Shown here: positions 14,685-29,321 of the stretch, one piece after another
Layout: the number at the start of each line of letters is the position of its first letter
Numbering within the stretch: the stretch's first letter is position 1
Assembly: GCA_028826165.1 (NCBI GenBank)
Contig: JAPDFW010000059.1
Location: forward strand, 310,001 to 374,000
Length of the DNA: 64,000 bases
Source of the DNA: Anaeramoeba ignava BMAN
Lineage: Eukaryota; Protista; Anaeramoebae
Reading direction: 5' to 3'
Translations under genes and position numbers: made by a program
Notes under the pieces: model-generated
The model's database searches: none
What the model saw: the letters and a program-made list of their open reading frames with translations, nothing else
Told to the model about the DNA's origin: nothing

Positions 14685-17600
14685 TTAATAAAAATTTGTT
14701 TTTTTTGAAGATTCAAAAGCTGAAGATTGATAAATAATTGGATAATTTGGAGAAGAAGAAATTTTATGAATTAACATTCTTAAATGTTTAAAATTTGTTC
14801 CTTTTTCTTTTGCTAAAAGTTTGAAATAAATCATTTTTTTAGCTTTTTTTTTTGAATTAACAAATATCATAAAAGAAAAGTTTTTTGTTTTTTCTTTTTT
14901 TTTAAGGATATTTGGAACATAGAAACATTCACAGAAATATAATTTTTGAGGTTTTTCGACTTCATCTTCAATTTCATTTTCCATTTCAAATTGATTTTGA
15001 TTTTGATTTTGATTTTTATTTTTCTTTTGATTTTTATTTTGTTTTTCCATTTGATTTTGATAATTAATTTCAATTTCAATTAAATTTTGTAATTCTTTGA
15101 TTTGATCAGGAGATTCAATTTGATTTTCATTTTTAATTAAACCTTTAATTCTTTTTTTGATTGGGTTTTGGATTTTATTAATTTGATTTTGATTAATTTG
15201 AATTTGAATTTGATTTTGATTTTGATTTTGAATTTTATTTTGATTTTCATTTTGATTTTCATTTTGATTTTGATTTTCATTTTCATTTTGATTTTCATTA
15301 ATTTGTTGATTTTCATTAATTTGTTGATTTTGATTAATTTGTTGATTTTCATTAATTTGTTGATTTTGATTTTCATTAATTTGTTGATTTCCATTAATTT
15401 GTTGATTTTCATTAATTTGTTCATTTTGATTAATTTGTTGATTTTCATTAATTTGTTGATTTTCATTAATTTGTTCATTTTCATTAATTTGTTCATTTTG
15501 ATTAATTTGTTGATTTTCATTTTGGATTTGATTTTTATTAATTTGTCCATTTTCATTTTCATTAATTTGTTGATTTTCATTAATTTGTTGATTTTCATTA
15601 ATTTGTTCATTTTCATTTTCATTAATTTGTTGATTTTGATTTTCATTAATTTGTTGATTTTGATTTTCATTAATTTGTTCATTTTTATTAATTTGTTGAT
15701 TTTTATTAATTTGTTCATTTTCATTTTGGATTTGATTTTCATTAATTTGTTCATTTTCATTAATTTGCTTATTTTCATTTTCATTAATTTGTTGATTTTC
15801 ATTTTCATTAATTTGTTCATTTTTATTAATTTGTTGATTTTCATTAATTTGTTGATTTTCATTTTGATTAATTTGTTGATTTTCATTAATTTGTTGATTT
15901 TTATTAATTTGTTGATTTTTATTAATTTGTCCATTTTCATTTTCATTAATTTGTTGATTTTCATTAATTTGTTGATTTTTATTAATTTGTTGATTTTCAT
16001 TTTGATGTTCATTTTCATTTTGATTAATTTGTTGATTTTCATTTTGATTAATTTGTTGATTTTCATTAATTTGATTTTCATTTTGATTAATTTGTTCATT
16101 TTTATTAATTTGTTGATTTTGATTAATTTGTTCATTTTCATTTTGATTAATTTGTTCATTTTCATTTTGATTAATTTGTTGATTTTCATTAATTTGTTGA
16201 TTTTCATTAATTTGTTGATTTTCATTAATTTGTTGATTTTCATTTTGATTAATTTGTTCATTTTCATTTTCATGTTGATGTTGATTTTCATTAATTTGTT
16301 GATTTTCATTAATTTGTTGATTTTCATTAATTTGTTGATTTTCATTAATTTGTTGATTTTTATTAATTTGTTGATTTTCATTTTGATTAATTTGTTGATT
16401 TTCATTTTGATTAATTTGTTCATTTTCATTTTCATGTTGATGTTGATTTTCATTAATTTGTTGATTTTCATTTTGATTAATTTGTTGATTTTCATTAATT
16501 TGATTTTCATTTTGATTAATTTGTTCATTTTTATTAATTTGTTGATTTTGATTAATTTGTTCATTTTCATTTTGATTAATTTGTTGATTTTCATTTTGAT
16601 TAATTTGTTGATTTTCATTAATTTGTTGATTTTCATTAATTTGATTTTCATTAATTTGTTGATTTTCATTAATTTGTTGATTTTCATTAATTTGTTCATT
16701 TTCATTTTCATTAATTTGTTGATTTCCATTAATTTGTTGATTTTCATTAATTTGTTGATTTTCATTAATTTGTTGATTTTCATTTTGATTAATTTGTTCA
16801 TTTTCATTTTCATGTTGATGTTGATTTTCATTAATTTGTTGATTTTCATTTTCATGTTGATTTTCATTAATTTGTTCATTTTCTTCTTTCGTAAAATTTT
16901 TTGAATTCAATTCAAATCTTTTTGATACTATACTCTTCATTTCTTTCCTCTTTTTTTCTGGTAAATTTTCTTCAAGTTCTGATTTTGTTAAAATTTGAGA
17001 ATTAGTTTTTCTTGTTTTCTTTTTGGTTTTTCCAATACTTGATAAATGGAATAATTTACTCATTTCTTGTGTTTGTTCATCTAACTTTTTTTGCATATTT
17101 CGGCAATATTTGTCAGTATAATTTTGGATTTGTTCGTTTAGTTTCCTTATCCAAAGATCTCTTTCATTTTCAATTTCCATAAAAAAATAAATATCATATT
17201 TTCTTGTGATAATTTTCACAAAAAGATCTTCTTTCTCAATTGGTTCAGTATCAACGAAAATAGACAATAAAGAGAACGCATCTTCAAAAATAAACAGGTT
17301 TTCCTTCTTTATTTTGCAGATCATTAATAAATTGTTGAGCAAAAACACTTGCCTTGGTTTATACTTTGGTTTAGATAGAAGAGTAACTTTATTTTTTTCA
17401 TTTTGCTTTTCTTCCAAAATTTTTATCAAATCAAACCCGTTTTTGGAGAAAAGATCAGCAACACTTTGAGATTCTTGTTTCTGGAACTTTGCAATTGGGA
17501 AAGGCATTCTAGAATTTGAAATTGTGCCCTTTTTATCGGTTGGACTTCCTTTTATGATTTTCTTATCAAAAAGATGATAAGAATTTGAAACTCCAAGCTT

Positions 17601-20600
17601 TCCTTCAATAATCACTCTTGTGATTGCTTCATTCTCAAATTTAAACGGCAAACCTAATATTTGGTTTTCGAGCTGATTAAGTGCTCGAGAATTATCCACT
17701 TTTCGTTTCTTCTTGTTTAGTTCTGTTGCGATATTATCGAAAATCTCTTGAGCTTGTGTGATATCGATGTAATCGGGATGAGTTTTGGGTGTTCTTTTGA
17801 GAATTTCAGAAATTAATAAACGATAATGCCCAATTATTTGAACTGGTCTTATTCGAATTGAATCAAAATCTTGTTTTCCTGTTTCACTTTTTTCATTAAA
17901 TGATTTGATGAAATTGCTGAAATTTGGGTTTTTCAAACACGTTTTGAGGAAGTTTTGTGATTGTTCAAAATTTGAGGAATATTTTTCGTAATTGTAACGG
18001 AAATAGGAGTGCTTTTATAAGTATTTCTCCAATTTTTGTGTTGATGTTCCAGTTTGAAAGTCTCTCTTCAATATCCTTCATAAATTTCAAGTTTGAATCC
18101 AAGATATCTTCAGTGTTGATGAAAATCTGTTCAATTTCTTTGGGAGTGAGGATTGATGATGATTTGAGTGGATGAATCAAGTCTTTCACAAGAAGAGAAA
18201 TTGATTCGCAGTAGTTTTTTTCCTTTTCCAGAAGTTCAAACACAGCATAATTTCTTTTCATTTCGGATAAAAGTAAATCAGAGCATTGATTATCGTATTT
18301 TTTTGAGGAAATAATCAGTTGTGCTTCATGAGATAATTTTGTGAAATTCACCCCTTTTTCAAGAAGCATTTTGCAAACAGACAAATCTCCCCATTCGAAA
18401 GCCATGATAATGGGATAATCACCTTGAGAAGATGGTTCATTAATGCAATCACAATTTTGAACCACAATATCTATCAAATCTCTCCATTTCATTTTCAAAC
18501 ATAGATGAAGCACATTTTCCCCGTTTTTACTAAGTGGACAAATGGGAAATCCTGATTCAATCAACTTTTTTGCTTTCTCAAATTTGTTTTTAAGGAGATA
18601 TTCATAAGCATCTAGACTTGCTCCTTTCATAACCAAAAAATCCATAATTCGCTGATTTTTGTTTAAATTTGCCAAATGAATTGGTGATAAACCTTGTTTA
18701 TTTTTCTTATTGATATTCTCAGAGGTACACAAAAAATGAACAAGTGAGTTTGCACCTTTAGAAACAGCAACATGAAGTGGTGTTTCTCCATTTTTGTTTG
18801 TAATGTTCTCTTTTGCCCCAAATTCAAGCATTTTCAAAAGTATTGAACGTCTTCCTCCATTCAGAATCAGAGTATGCAAAGGAGTATTTCCTTGGTTGTT
18901 CTGTGCGTTGATTGATTCTCCAGAATTCACTAGTAGTTCAATCACATCAATATTCCGCACAGAAGTTGCTGCGTGAAGAAGAGTGTTGTTGTCTTCATCT
19001 TTTTTAGGCAGATGAGATCCAGTCAAAAGTATTTGGAGACAGTTTGTTTTTTTGTTGTTCAGAATTGCAAAATGTAATATTGAAGGTGTTTGTTTTGGAG
19101 GGTTAATTTTGATTTTGTTTTGGATCAAAAATTTGAGAAGTTCTTCATTCTCGTTTTGAACCATATAATGAAATCCTGTTAATTTTTGATTATCATAAAT
19201 ATTAGTTTTTGCTTTAGAATCCAAAAGAAGTTTTATAATTGGAATATTTCCTGCAATTGAGGCATAAATAAATGCTGTTTTCCCGTGTATATCCTGGTGA
19301 TTTAAAGCAAAAAGTTTAACTTTTTTGGAATTTAATAAACATTCAGAAACTTTGAATCGACCAAATTTACAAGCAATTTGTAATGGTGTTTGACTTTCTT
19401 CATTGAGGATATTTGTTTCTATAGGAAATTCCAATAATTTCTCAACAAGCATTGCAAACCCCGATTTACAAGCCAAGTGAAGAGGAGTCATTCCTTTGTT
19501 ATCCGGTTCATTTAGTGGCACTTCATGTTCAAGAAGTAATTGTGCAATTTCCAAATGACCATAAATGATTGCATAATGTAAAATTGTATTTCCATCATCA
19601 TCTTTGAATGTAAGATTTGCTCCATTTTCGATTAAAATTTTAGTTACTTGAGTGTATCCATTTCTTGTTGCAAGCATTAGAGGTGTCATATGGTCTTTAT
19701 CAAAGGTATCAATTACTGATCCATATTCAATTAATAATTTAACCATTTGTGCTGATCCAACCATTGCTTGAATATTTATTAAATATTATTAAATATTATT
19801 AAATATTTATTGAATATTATTAAATATTATTAAATATTATTGAATATTTATTAAATATTATTGAATATTATTAAATATTATTGAATATTATTAAATATTA
19901 ATTAAATATTATTAAATATTATTGAATATTATTAAATATTATTAAATATTATTGAATATTTATTAAATATTTATTAAATATTATTAAATATTTATTAAAT
20001 ATTATTGAATATTATTAAATATTATTAAATATTATTAGATATTAAATATTATTAAATATTTATTAAATATTATTAAAATATTTATTAAAATATTATTAAA
20101 TATTAAATATTAAAATATTATTGAATATTATTAAATATTATTAAATATTATTAAATATTATTGAATATTATTGAATATTATTGAATATTATTAAATATTA
20201 TTAAATATTATTAAATATTATTAAATATTTATTAAATATTATTAGATATTATTAAATATTATTAAATATTTATTAAATATTTTTTTTAATGAATATTTTT
20301 GAATATTATTAAATATTTATTAAATATTTATTGAATATTATTGAATATTTATTAAATATTTAATTGAATACCTGCCCAATGAATTGGTTTTCTTGATATT
20401 CTATCTTCCGCTAATTAAAATAAAATTATTTTTTCCAATTAAATCATTTCAGAAAACAAAAATTTCTTGTTAAGATTTAAATTATAAAACAAACCTTGAA
20501 CTACACAAAGATTTGATTTCAATAATTTTTCTAATTTTTCAACTTCTTTAGAAGCACAATATTGATGAATAAGACTTTTTGCACCTTTTTTATAAAGAAT

Positions 20601-21353
20601 ATTACAAATTTCTTTCAAATTGTTTTTTTGTGCATATAATAATGGTGAAACCCCATTTGGATCTTCAATATTAACTTGAACATTTTGACTTAAAATGAAA
20701 TTTAAACAATCAATATTTTCTTGTTCAACTGCATAATGTAAAGGTGTTTTTATTTCTGAAGAAAGTGAATCAAATGAAAATTTATATTTTGCAAATAATT
20801 TTAAGATATTTAAATTTTGATGAATTGTTGCAATATGAATTGGAAGATATCCTTTCCCATTAAAATAATTTTCAAATCCTTGATTATTTTTTAATAAAAT
20901 ATCACAAATATCTTCATCACCTGATTTGGATATTAAATGAATCGGTAAATTTCCATTTGAATCTTTTATTGGTTTAAGTGTAGGATCTCGAACTAAAACT
21001 TTAATACATTCTTTTCTGTTTAATTTTATTGCTAAAAGGATTGGAGTTCTTTATTTAATTTTAATTTTAATTTTATTTTTAATTTTATTTTTAATTTTAA
21101 TTTTAATTTTTTGGATTATTTAATTTGATTTTAAATTTTAATTTTTTTACAATTTTTCTTGATCTTGAATATTTATATTTGCTTTTTTTTCTTGTAAAAT
21201 TTTAATAAATTTAGGTCTATCATACTGAACTGAATAATGAAGTAATGAAAATCCTTTATTTCCAGCTTGAAAATCAGATCCAAATTGTGAAATTAAATTT
21301 TCGAAATCTTCAATTTTATTTTCAATAAAAATTTTATCAAATTGAACAATCAT
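14685..21353 (-). CDS. Ankyrin-repeat RhoGEF (ANK repeats-DH-PH) with a large N/Q/E/I low-complexity insert
   Basis: Many TPLH-type ankyrin repeats (exons 21353-21151, 21048-20495, 20410-20372, 19766 onward). DH domain: RNYAVFELLEKEKNYCESI..IFINTEDIL..IRPVQIIGHYRLLISEILKRTPKTHPDY. PH domain: RQVFLLNNLLMICK..ERDLWIRKLNEQI. +1 frame break near 18010. Confidence 0.88.
15170..16880 (-). repeat. Coding minisatellite, 18-nt-based unit encoding (QQINEN)n variants
   Basis: ORF translation shows about 570 aa of QQINEN/EQINQN repeats; alternative sense and antisense frames are also open. Confidence 0.95.
19769..20369. repeat. Intronic 10-11-bp tandem repeat (TATTAAATAT / TATTGAATAT)n
   Basis: Fills the ankyrin-gene intron 20371-19767. 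Confidence 0.9.
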
Positions 21354-21577
21354 TAATAATAAATTAAAAAATAAAAATTAATAATTAAAATTTGGATTTG
21401 AATTAAATTGAGATTTTGATTGAATTTTTTTCAATGATGATTCAGGTTTTTTTAATTGGTTTAGTAAAAATAAAAATAAAATAAGAAGAAAAATGAAAAT
21501 AAAAATTAAAATAAAAATTAAAAAAGATTATTTTTTTTTTTCATTTTTTTATTTTAATTTTTTTTTTGTAATTTAAA

Positions 21578-24500
21578 ATGGAAAATGATTTACAAAATAT
21601 TGTAAATAAATGGATTGAATCTATTATGAATTCACCACTTATTCTTAAAAAAAACAAAAGAAAAGAACTTACAGTTCAACTTTGCGAATTAATGAATAAA
21701 ATTCAACCAAAATCAATTGGAAATATATTTTAGTATGTAATCTTCTTATTTAATTTAATTTAATTTAATTATTATTTTTTGAAAACATTTGAATATTATA
21801 ATTGAATTGAATAAAAAAAATAAAAAAAAAAAAAAAAAAAAATAAATCAACAGAAATTTTATGAACACTTTCAAACACTTCTTTTGATTGAATATTTATT
21901 CTTTTAATTTACAGTAATACACCAAAAGAAAATTTAAATAACTTTCTTCAATGTTCCAAACTTTATGGAGTGGAAGATGGAATAGTAGAAAATACTAACG
22001 ACATGACAGCAGAAAATTTCAATTTGAAAATCCTATTTATTTTATACAATCTTGGTCATATAGCAAATTCAAAAGGTTTCCATCCTTTAATACAGGAAAT
22101 GAAGCAATACATTCAAATCGATGTTTGTAGTGGAGAAGAAAGAAGTGCAACAATGTTTATTTATTTCTCCCCCAACAAGTTATTCCAATGCTTTATAACT
22201 TCAAATATATATTTCCAATTTATGGAATTGAAATTATTTCAAACGTTCAAGTTTGATTTACTTTCAAAAATTAACCAAAAAGAAAACAATATGAAACACA
22301 ATTTCTTTTTGTTTCATCAATACAAGTCATTTCCAGCATTTGTTATTTCTACTCCCAATTTCCAAACTTTAAAATCAACTGATTATATTGTGGATTGCAT
22401 TGAATTTGCCTGCTCAAAAAAATTATATTCAGAAGAGCAAAAAGGCTTATCTTCAATTATAAAATCAATCAAAAAAATGAACCAAAAACATGATTTAGCA
22501 ATTCCAAAACTTTTGGCTGAACAATATCTTATCGGAAATGAGAAGCAACATTTCTTGGTTCAATTTTCATCACAAAACGATTCAATTTCAAAATGGGGAA
22601 TATTGAATATTACAAGGAAAAAACTAGAAATATCATCATATTTTTCAAATATTTTCGACGAAAAATTTTCCAAATTTTCTGTAAACAAAGAAAGAAATAT
22701 CTCATATTCTTCTTAATTTATATTTTAATTAATTAAAAAAATTTTTATATTGTTTAGATTAAATTAAATTCCAAAAAAAAAAACTCCTTCAAAATTTCTC
22801 ATGAAACTACTAAAGAATCTCTTGAAATTAAAACACTCTCAAATTTCTTTTCCTTTATTATTTCCGAAATCATTATCCATCTTCGCCAAGCTTATTCCAA
22901 AGAATCAACAGAAAGTGCGGAAAAGGAAATTGATTTGAAACTAAACAAGCAAATCATTGTTAAGGAATCGCAGAAGATAATATCCAAATATTCCAATTTA
23001 TTTATGTCTTTAGATCAAACTCTAAACCAGGAAAAAACATTCTTTGTTCATTTGATCCAAAAGTTCCATTCTTTTCCAGCAAAAATCATTTTCTCTCAAA
23101 ACCATCTTATTCTTCAAATGGAAAATGAGGAAATTGATAAAGATGACTATATACACATTGAAATCAAAATAGATTCTCAAAACACATGCATATTGCTAAT
23201 CAGTTTTGTTGCTTTGAATCGGGGATATTTTGTTCTTGTTGATAATGAAGAAACTCAAGAAAATATCATTCTTTCTTTTTTATATTTCGAGCACATTTCA
23301 AAACAAAAAATTTCTCAGGATTTCGGAAAGATACAGAATGAAAATAAATTTTCTGAAGACGATTTCAATACAGTTTCTTTGTCATCTGATTTGGATGAAG
23401 AAACGTTCCGATTTAAAAATATCGAGGAAATTGAAAAAAAAAGCAAGAATATAGAAGAGAAAAAAATCAAAGAAATTAAAAAACAAGACTTAATCTATTC
23501 AAAAGTTGATGTTGTTGAGGATCAATGGACAGAAAATGAAGAATCATTAGAGAATTTATTTTTAACAGATAATGATTTTGGAGGAGAGGAAGCAAGACGA
23601 TATAGAATTTGAAATAAACAACGAAACATGGGACGATATTTCGCAAGAAGTTTTCCCTTTATTTATGAAACAGAACTCAATTTTTGATATTTTGTTATTA
23701 GATTCCCAACAAACAACTCCTAAAAATGCTATAATATCAATCGATCGCAAAGGATTCAAAATATACATTGAAAATGGGAACAAAAAATTCTTCTTTGATT
23801 CTTGTTTGTTTCTTTTTGTTCTATCTGTTTCGGGATACAAAGATGATCAAACACTTGTGAAAATTAAATTTGTGAAGAGGAATCAGACAAAAAGCGTTAA
23901 ATTCAAAACTCAAGACAAACAAAAGCGAGATGTTTTACTTTGCTTTTTCAGAATGATGAATTATTATAATGTTGATAATATTGAAAATATTCCCATTAAC
24001 GGAGCCATTTTAGGCAAAGATGTCGAGCAAGAATTCATCAAGATGTTCATTCTTTCAAACAAGAAGTTCTCTCATTTTACAACAAAAATTATTGATATCA
24101 TGCACCAAAATAGCAATCAACAATATGAATGTCTTTTAAGAATTTCGCTTAAATTCCTTTTATTAATGAACCTATCACAAACTTTTGCTTTCAACATACA
24201 AAACCAACTTGCAATGGTTTCAAGTGTGCAAAATCATCCAAGAAGAATGCAACTATTTTTGATTGTCAAGAAACAAAAACATCTAATTACACTCGAATTT
24301 CTTACTCAAGAACAAAATGAGTTGGCGATATCATTAATCCAATCGATCAAAAAATTTTCAAAAAAGAAAAACAAGAAAAAAATTTATAGCAAAATTTACA
24401 TCTCTTGAAGAATATAAACGAAAAAAATCCAAAAAAGTTCATTTCCAAAATATTCAAAATGAAAATACTTTTGATGAAGATAGTCAAAGCTCAAGTGAAG

Positions 24501-27500
24501 ATGAAGATGAAGATGAAAATCAAAATCAAAATCAAAATCAAAATCAAAATCAAAATATAAATCAAAAATATAAATAATAATAATAATAATATTGATGATA
24601 ACGACAGTGAATTGGAAATGCAAACCAATTTTGGATCCAAAGTTAATAATACTATTAGCAAAGATTCCAGAATAATTATTTCTTTTTTTAAAAAAAATCC
24701 CGAAAAGGATTTATCCTCTTTTTATATTCAACAACAATTAGCTATTCCAATCTCTTATTTTCCTTTATTATACAATGATATAAATTCACAATTAGCAAAA
24801 GAAGAAATTCAAAAAGAAATTCAGAAAGAGAAAGAGAAAGAAAAAGATCGAGAAGTAGAACAATTTATGGTTACTTTATTAGAAGATAACAATAAATTTC
24901 AGGCAATTCTTTCTTTTAACCCTGAGTTCATAGAAATAAAATATCAAGATGAAACAAAGCAGAATGAAAAACTATATTTACAAGAAGAGAAAATAAAAAT
25001 GATAATTCATCCAACAAAAAAAAATCGAATTATGTTTTGGAAAAATACAAACAAATACAAAATCATCATACTTGAAAAGGAAGAAACAAGAACAGCAATG
25101 GTTAATTCTTTTATTCGTTTAACAGCACCAAAAACAGCTCCGTTTTCTAACACCAAAAAAGTTAAAAATATTTACAGCAACTTCAAAAATGCATTTTTGA
25201 ATTTCATGGCTTCATTTCCTCAAAAAATTGCTCTTGAACCAGAAATCAATGCGAAAAGAAAAGACCCAAAAGCAAAGAGCTTATTCTGTCGGAATGAAGA
25301 TGAAGAGCACATAATTTATTCTCAGAAAATGGATTTTGAAAACAATGAGGATTATGATCAAGAAAATGAGATTATAAACCAAGAATTGCAACCACCAAAA
25401 AGCACTTTCTATGAATTTGAGTTGATGAATATTGCTCATTTTGAAGAAGAGCAAAAAGTTAAAATCTCGTTACATCAGCATTTCTTTAGTATCGAATTTA
25501 AAAATACCAAAATCGAAAGAGTGTATTCAATATATTCCCATTTGTGGTCTGCAATGACTCCCAACAAATCAAATACGGAGTTTCGTTTTCATATTGACGA
25601 ATATGATTTCATTCTTATTCGTCTTCCAAATTACGAAACACGAATCGGGTTTTTTTTCGATTTTTACTCCAAAAGAGACGAGAGCATCCGATACAAACAA
25701 AACCAAGAAAAATCAGCAAGATGCAAAATGGCTCATCTTGGAGAAACAAGTGATGTAAAGATTATTCTATATAGAGATTACTTCTTGATCAAAAAGAAAA
25801 AGGAGCATTATTTGTCTGCAGAATACACAAACGAAACTAAGATCATCAAGAAAAAAGACGCGAATTTAATTCTTCAATTCGGGAAATACAAAGAGATTCT
25901 TCTCAGTTTCCAGAACTCTGAAGATGCTCATGAGATAATGAAGACTTTCCAAACTTCCAAGATTTTGTTTTTGATGTATTGTCGATCAAGCAACAACGAA
26001 AACATCTTTTTTGAGTATCTTGTTTACAACCATATCCCAATAGGTTTTTCTTCGATCCAAATTTTTCCGGATCAGAAGTTTATTCTTCAACCTGATCTCC
26101 ATTATATCAAAATTTGTTTGGAATCTGAAGAAAATCCAAAAGAAGAAAGAATGGTTATTGAATACCCTCATTTCTGTCGAATGAAAATTGAAATTGATCG
26201 GATTTTTGATGTTTATTTTGCAAAGAAAGAAAGCAGAGAAACTTTTCTGAATTTGATTGAAAAAAATAGTGTAAAGAAAACAATACATTTTTTCATTGGA
26301 TTCCCAGGAAATTTCATTGAATCACCTGAAAAAAATGTGAAAATAACAGGTGAAATACTTGGATCAAAAACAAAGTCTCTGATCATAATTTCCCAGAAAG
26401 AAAAGGAACCAAAGGCACTGAACTTGTCAGAATTACAGATACTTTCCAATTCAAATAATCCTTTTTTGATCAAAATACAATTAAAGCAAACTCAGGCTCA
26501 AATATTTTTTTTGTTTGATTCTCTCGAGATTCGCACACAATTTACAGAGTTTTATCAACAAAATTTCAAATCTCTTGAAATTGGAAATGAAGACAATTCA
26601 AGGGTAAACAGTCAACAAGACAATCAAAAGATAATTTATAAAATTAGTTTTGTAAATGCAAAAGCACAAGTACTTTGTGAAGGTTTTTTGGAATTGGGTC
26701 ATGAAAAAATATTGAAAATCCAAAAAAAAAATCAAACTATTCAAAGAAAAATTGATTATAATTTAAGGATTTTGTGTTCCAAAAAAGATCCTGTATTTGC
26801 AAGAATTATTCTTACATTTTCCAATTCTCATCAAAAATCGATGTTTATTAAATTTGAAACATCTGAAGAAGCTTCTTTATTTTATGATAGGTTTGCAACA
26901 ATAAGAAATTTACCAGATGAACAAAATTTGAATCAAAATTTGAATGAAAATTTGAATAAAAATTTAAATCAAAATTCGAATAAAAATCGAAAATCAAAAT
27001 CAAAAACAAAATCAAAAACAAAATCAAAATGAAAGTGAAAGTGAAGATGAAAAAACGGATATTGTTGATCACAAAATAAGTATGTCAGATACAGATGATC
27101 CAGAACTTGAAGATGAAAAGCAATTATTAAATCAATTCAAAAACGATTTTGACACAAATACAACAGAAAAAAATTTCAAAATGTTTTTGAGTGAAGCTGC
27201 AATTTACAAACAAAAGAATTTAGATAAAGCCAGATTTTCAGGATCTGTTCTGAAAAATAAATCAGAAAGACAAGCTCTTATAGTTTTATTTGAAGGTTTT
27301 ATTTTTATTCGCTATTTAGTATCGAAATTTGAGGATTTGGAAATGGAAGCGTTTCAAATTGTGCAAACAAAATTATCTTCAGCTTCCAAAAACAATTTAG
27401 TTTTGAAGTCTTCAGTTTCCAAATCAAAAGTTATAATCAAATTTTCACAAGATTTGACAAAAATAAATTTTGCTAATCAATTTAAAAAAGCAAAAAAAAT

Positions 27501-28599
27501 GTTGAAAAAAGTGAAGAACAAAAAAAATCCAAAAGAAAAACACACATTTTTTGTTGAACTTATCGATCCATATTCAAATAGGAATTTATTTATGAAATTT
27601 ATTGTTTCGGAAGATAGTATTTTTTTGAAGTCTCATAAACAGAATATTTTTGAATTGGAAAATAATTTTGAATTGAATATTGAAGAAAAAAATAATTCCT
27701 TGATAAAATTAATCTTCAAAAGGGAAAATTCTGGATATTTATTACTTTTCCCAAGTTATCAAAAAGTACAAGAATTGAACCAATATGTGAATTCCATAAA
27801 AAAGGAAATCGAAACAAATGATATTTCTATAAACCGAACTTTTTCAAGTGGATTCAAAAATGTTGTTAATTCAGGATCTATTTTTAATGTGATTTTTCTA
27901 AAATCAACACATAAATTTGAGTCTCAAAAAAGAAAAATCCAAATTAATAACGGAAAAGTAATCATTTTGAATCGAGATGATCAAGTTGAAGATGAGATTG
28001 AAATTTTGGGTAATTCAGAAGTTTCAATCCACACTTCTAAAAAAAAGATTCTAAAAGCTAAAATTTCAAATTGGGAATTGATTTTGCAATTTGAAACCAA
28101 ATTTCTTTGTGGTACTTTTACTAGTTTGTTTAATAATGAGAAGATGAAAGTAAGAAATTTAAATGCACCAGTTTTTTCTGTAGAATTTATGCAATTACCT
28201 CAAATAACACGTGAAAAAGGAAAGATTGAATGTTTATATAAAATATTTCAATTTACTTTTGAAAAAAAGAACTTAATTAAAATGTATGATTATAAAGCAG
28301 ATTCATTAAAAATTCAAAGTCATCCAGAATATAAAAAAATTATTAGTTTTCAATATGAAACTGATCCAATTTTTAAAATTCATTTTTCATCAGAAAAACA
28401 AGCAAAATCATTTATTGAAATTATAATTTCCAAAAGAGATGAAAATTCCAATGAAGATGAAAATGAAAATGAAAATGAAAATGAAAATGAAAATGAAAAT
28501 GGAAATGAAAATGAAAATGGAAATGGAAATGAAAATGAAAATGAAAATGGAAATGAAAATGAAGATGAAAATGAAAATTCAAATTCAAATCAAAATTAA
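21578..28599 (+). CDS. Large protein with an N-terminal calponin-homology domain followed by multiple divergent PH-like modules
   Basis: Exon 1 (21578-21732) MENDLQNIVNKWIESIM..QLCELMNKIQPKSI plus exon 2 (from 21915) KENLNNFLQCSKLYGV..ILYNLGHIA form a CH domain. Intron 22681-22757. Downstream ORF pieces join through three +1 breaks at about 23590, 24380 and 26990. Confidence 0.7.
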
Positions 28600-29320
28600 A
28601 ATTAAAATTAAAATGAAATATTAAAATGAAAATGAAAATGAAAATGAAAATTCAAATTCAAATCAAAATTAAAATTAAAATTAAAATGAAAATTAAATAT
28701 TAAAATTCAAATCAAAATTAAAAACTATAATTCAAATTAAAATTCAAATTAAAATGAAAATGAAAATGAAAATGAAAATTCAAATTCAAATCAAAATTAA
28801 AATTAAAATTAAAAACTATAATTCAAATCAAAATTAAATATTAAAATTAAAATGAAGATGAAAATGAAAATGAAGATGAAAATGAAGATGAAAATTAAAA
28901 CTAAAATTAAAATTAAAACTAAAATTAAAATGAAAATGAAAATGAAAATGAAAATAAAAATTAAAATTCAAATTAAAATTAAATATTAAAATGAAAATTA
29001 AAATGAAAATGAAAATGAAAATGGAAATGGAAATGAAAATGAAAATGGAAATGAAAATGAAAATGAAAATGAAAATGAAAATGAAAATGAAAATGAAAAT
29101 GAAAATGAAAATGAAAATGAAAATGAAAATTAAAATGAAAATGAAAATGAAAATGAAAATGAAAATGGAAATTAAAATGAAAATTAAAATGAAAATGAAA
29201 ATGAAAATGAAAATGAAAATGGAAATGGAAATGAAAATTAAAATTCAAATTAAAATTAAAATGAAAATGAAATTGAAAATTAAAAATGAAAATTCATTTA
29301 AAATTAAAATTGAATTTAAA
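28600..29320. repeat. Hexamer microsatellite (AAAATG/AAAATT)n between convergent genes
   Basis: Direct inspection; continues the coding (EN)n repeat past the stop codon. Confidence 0.9.
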
Positions 29321-29321
29321 T

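Noticed and set aside
15137-16904. 580-aa (-) and 578-aa (+) alternative ORFs
   Set aside because: Shadow frames of the QQINEN coding repeat
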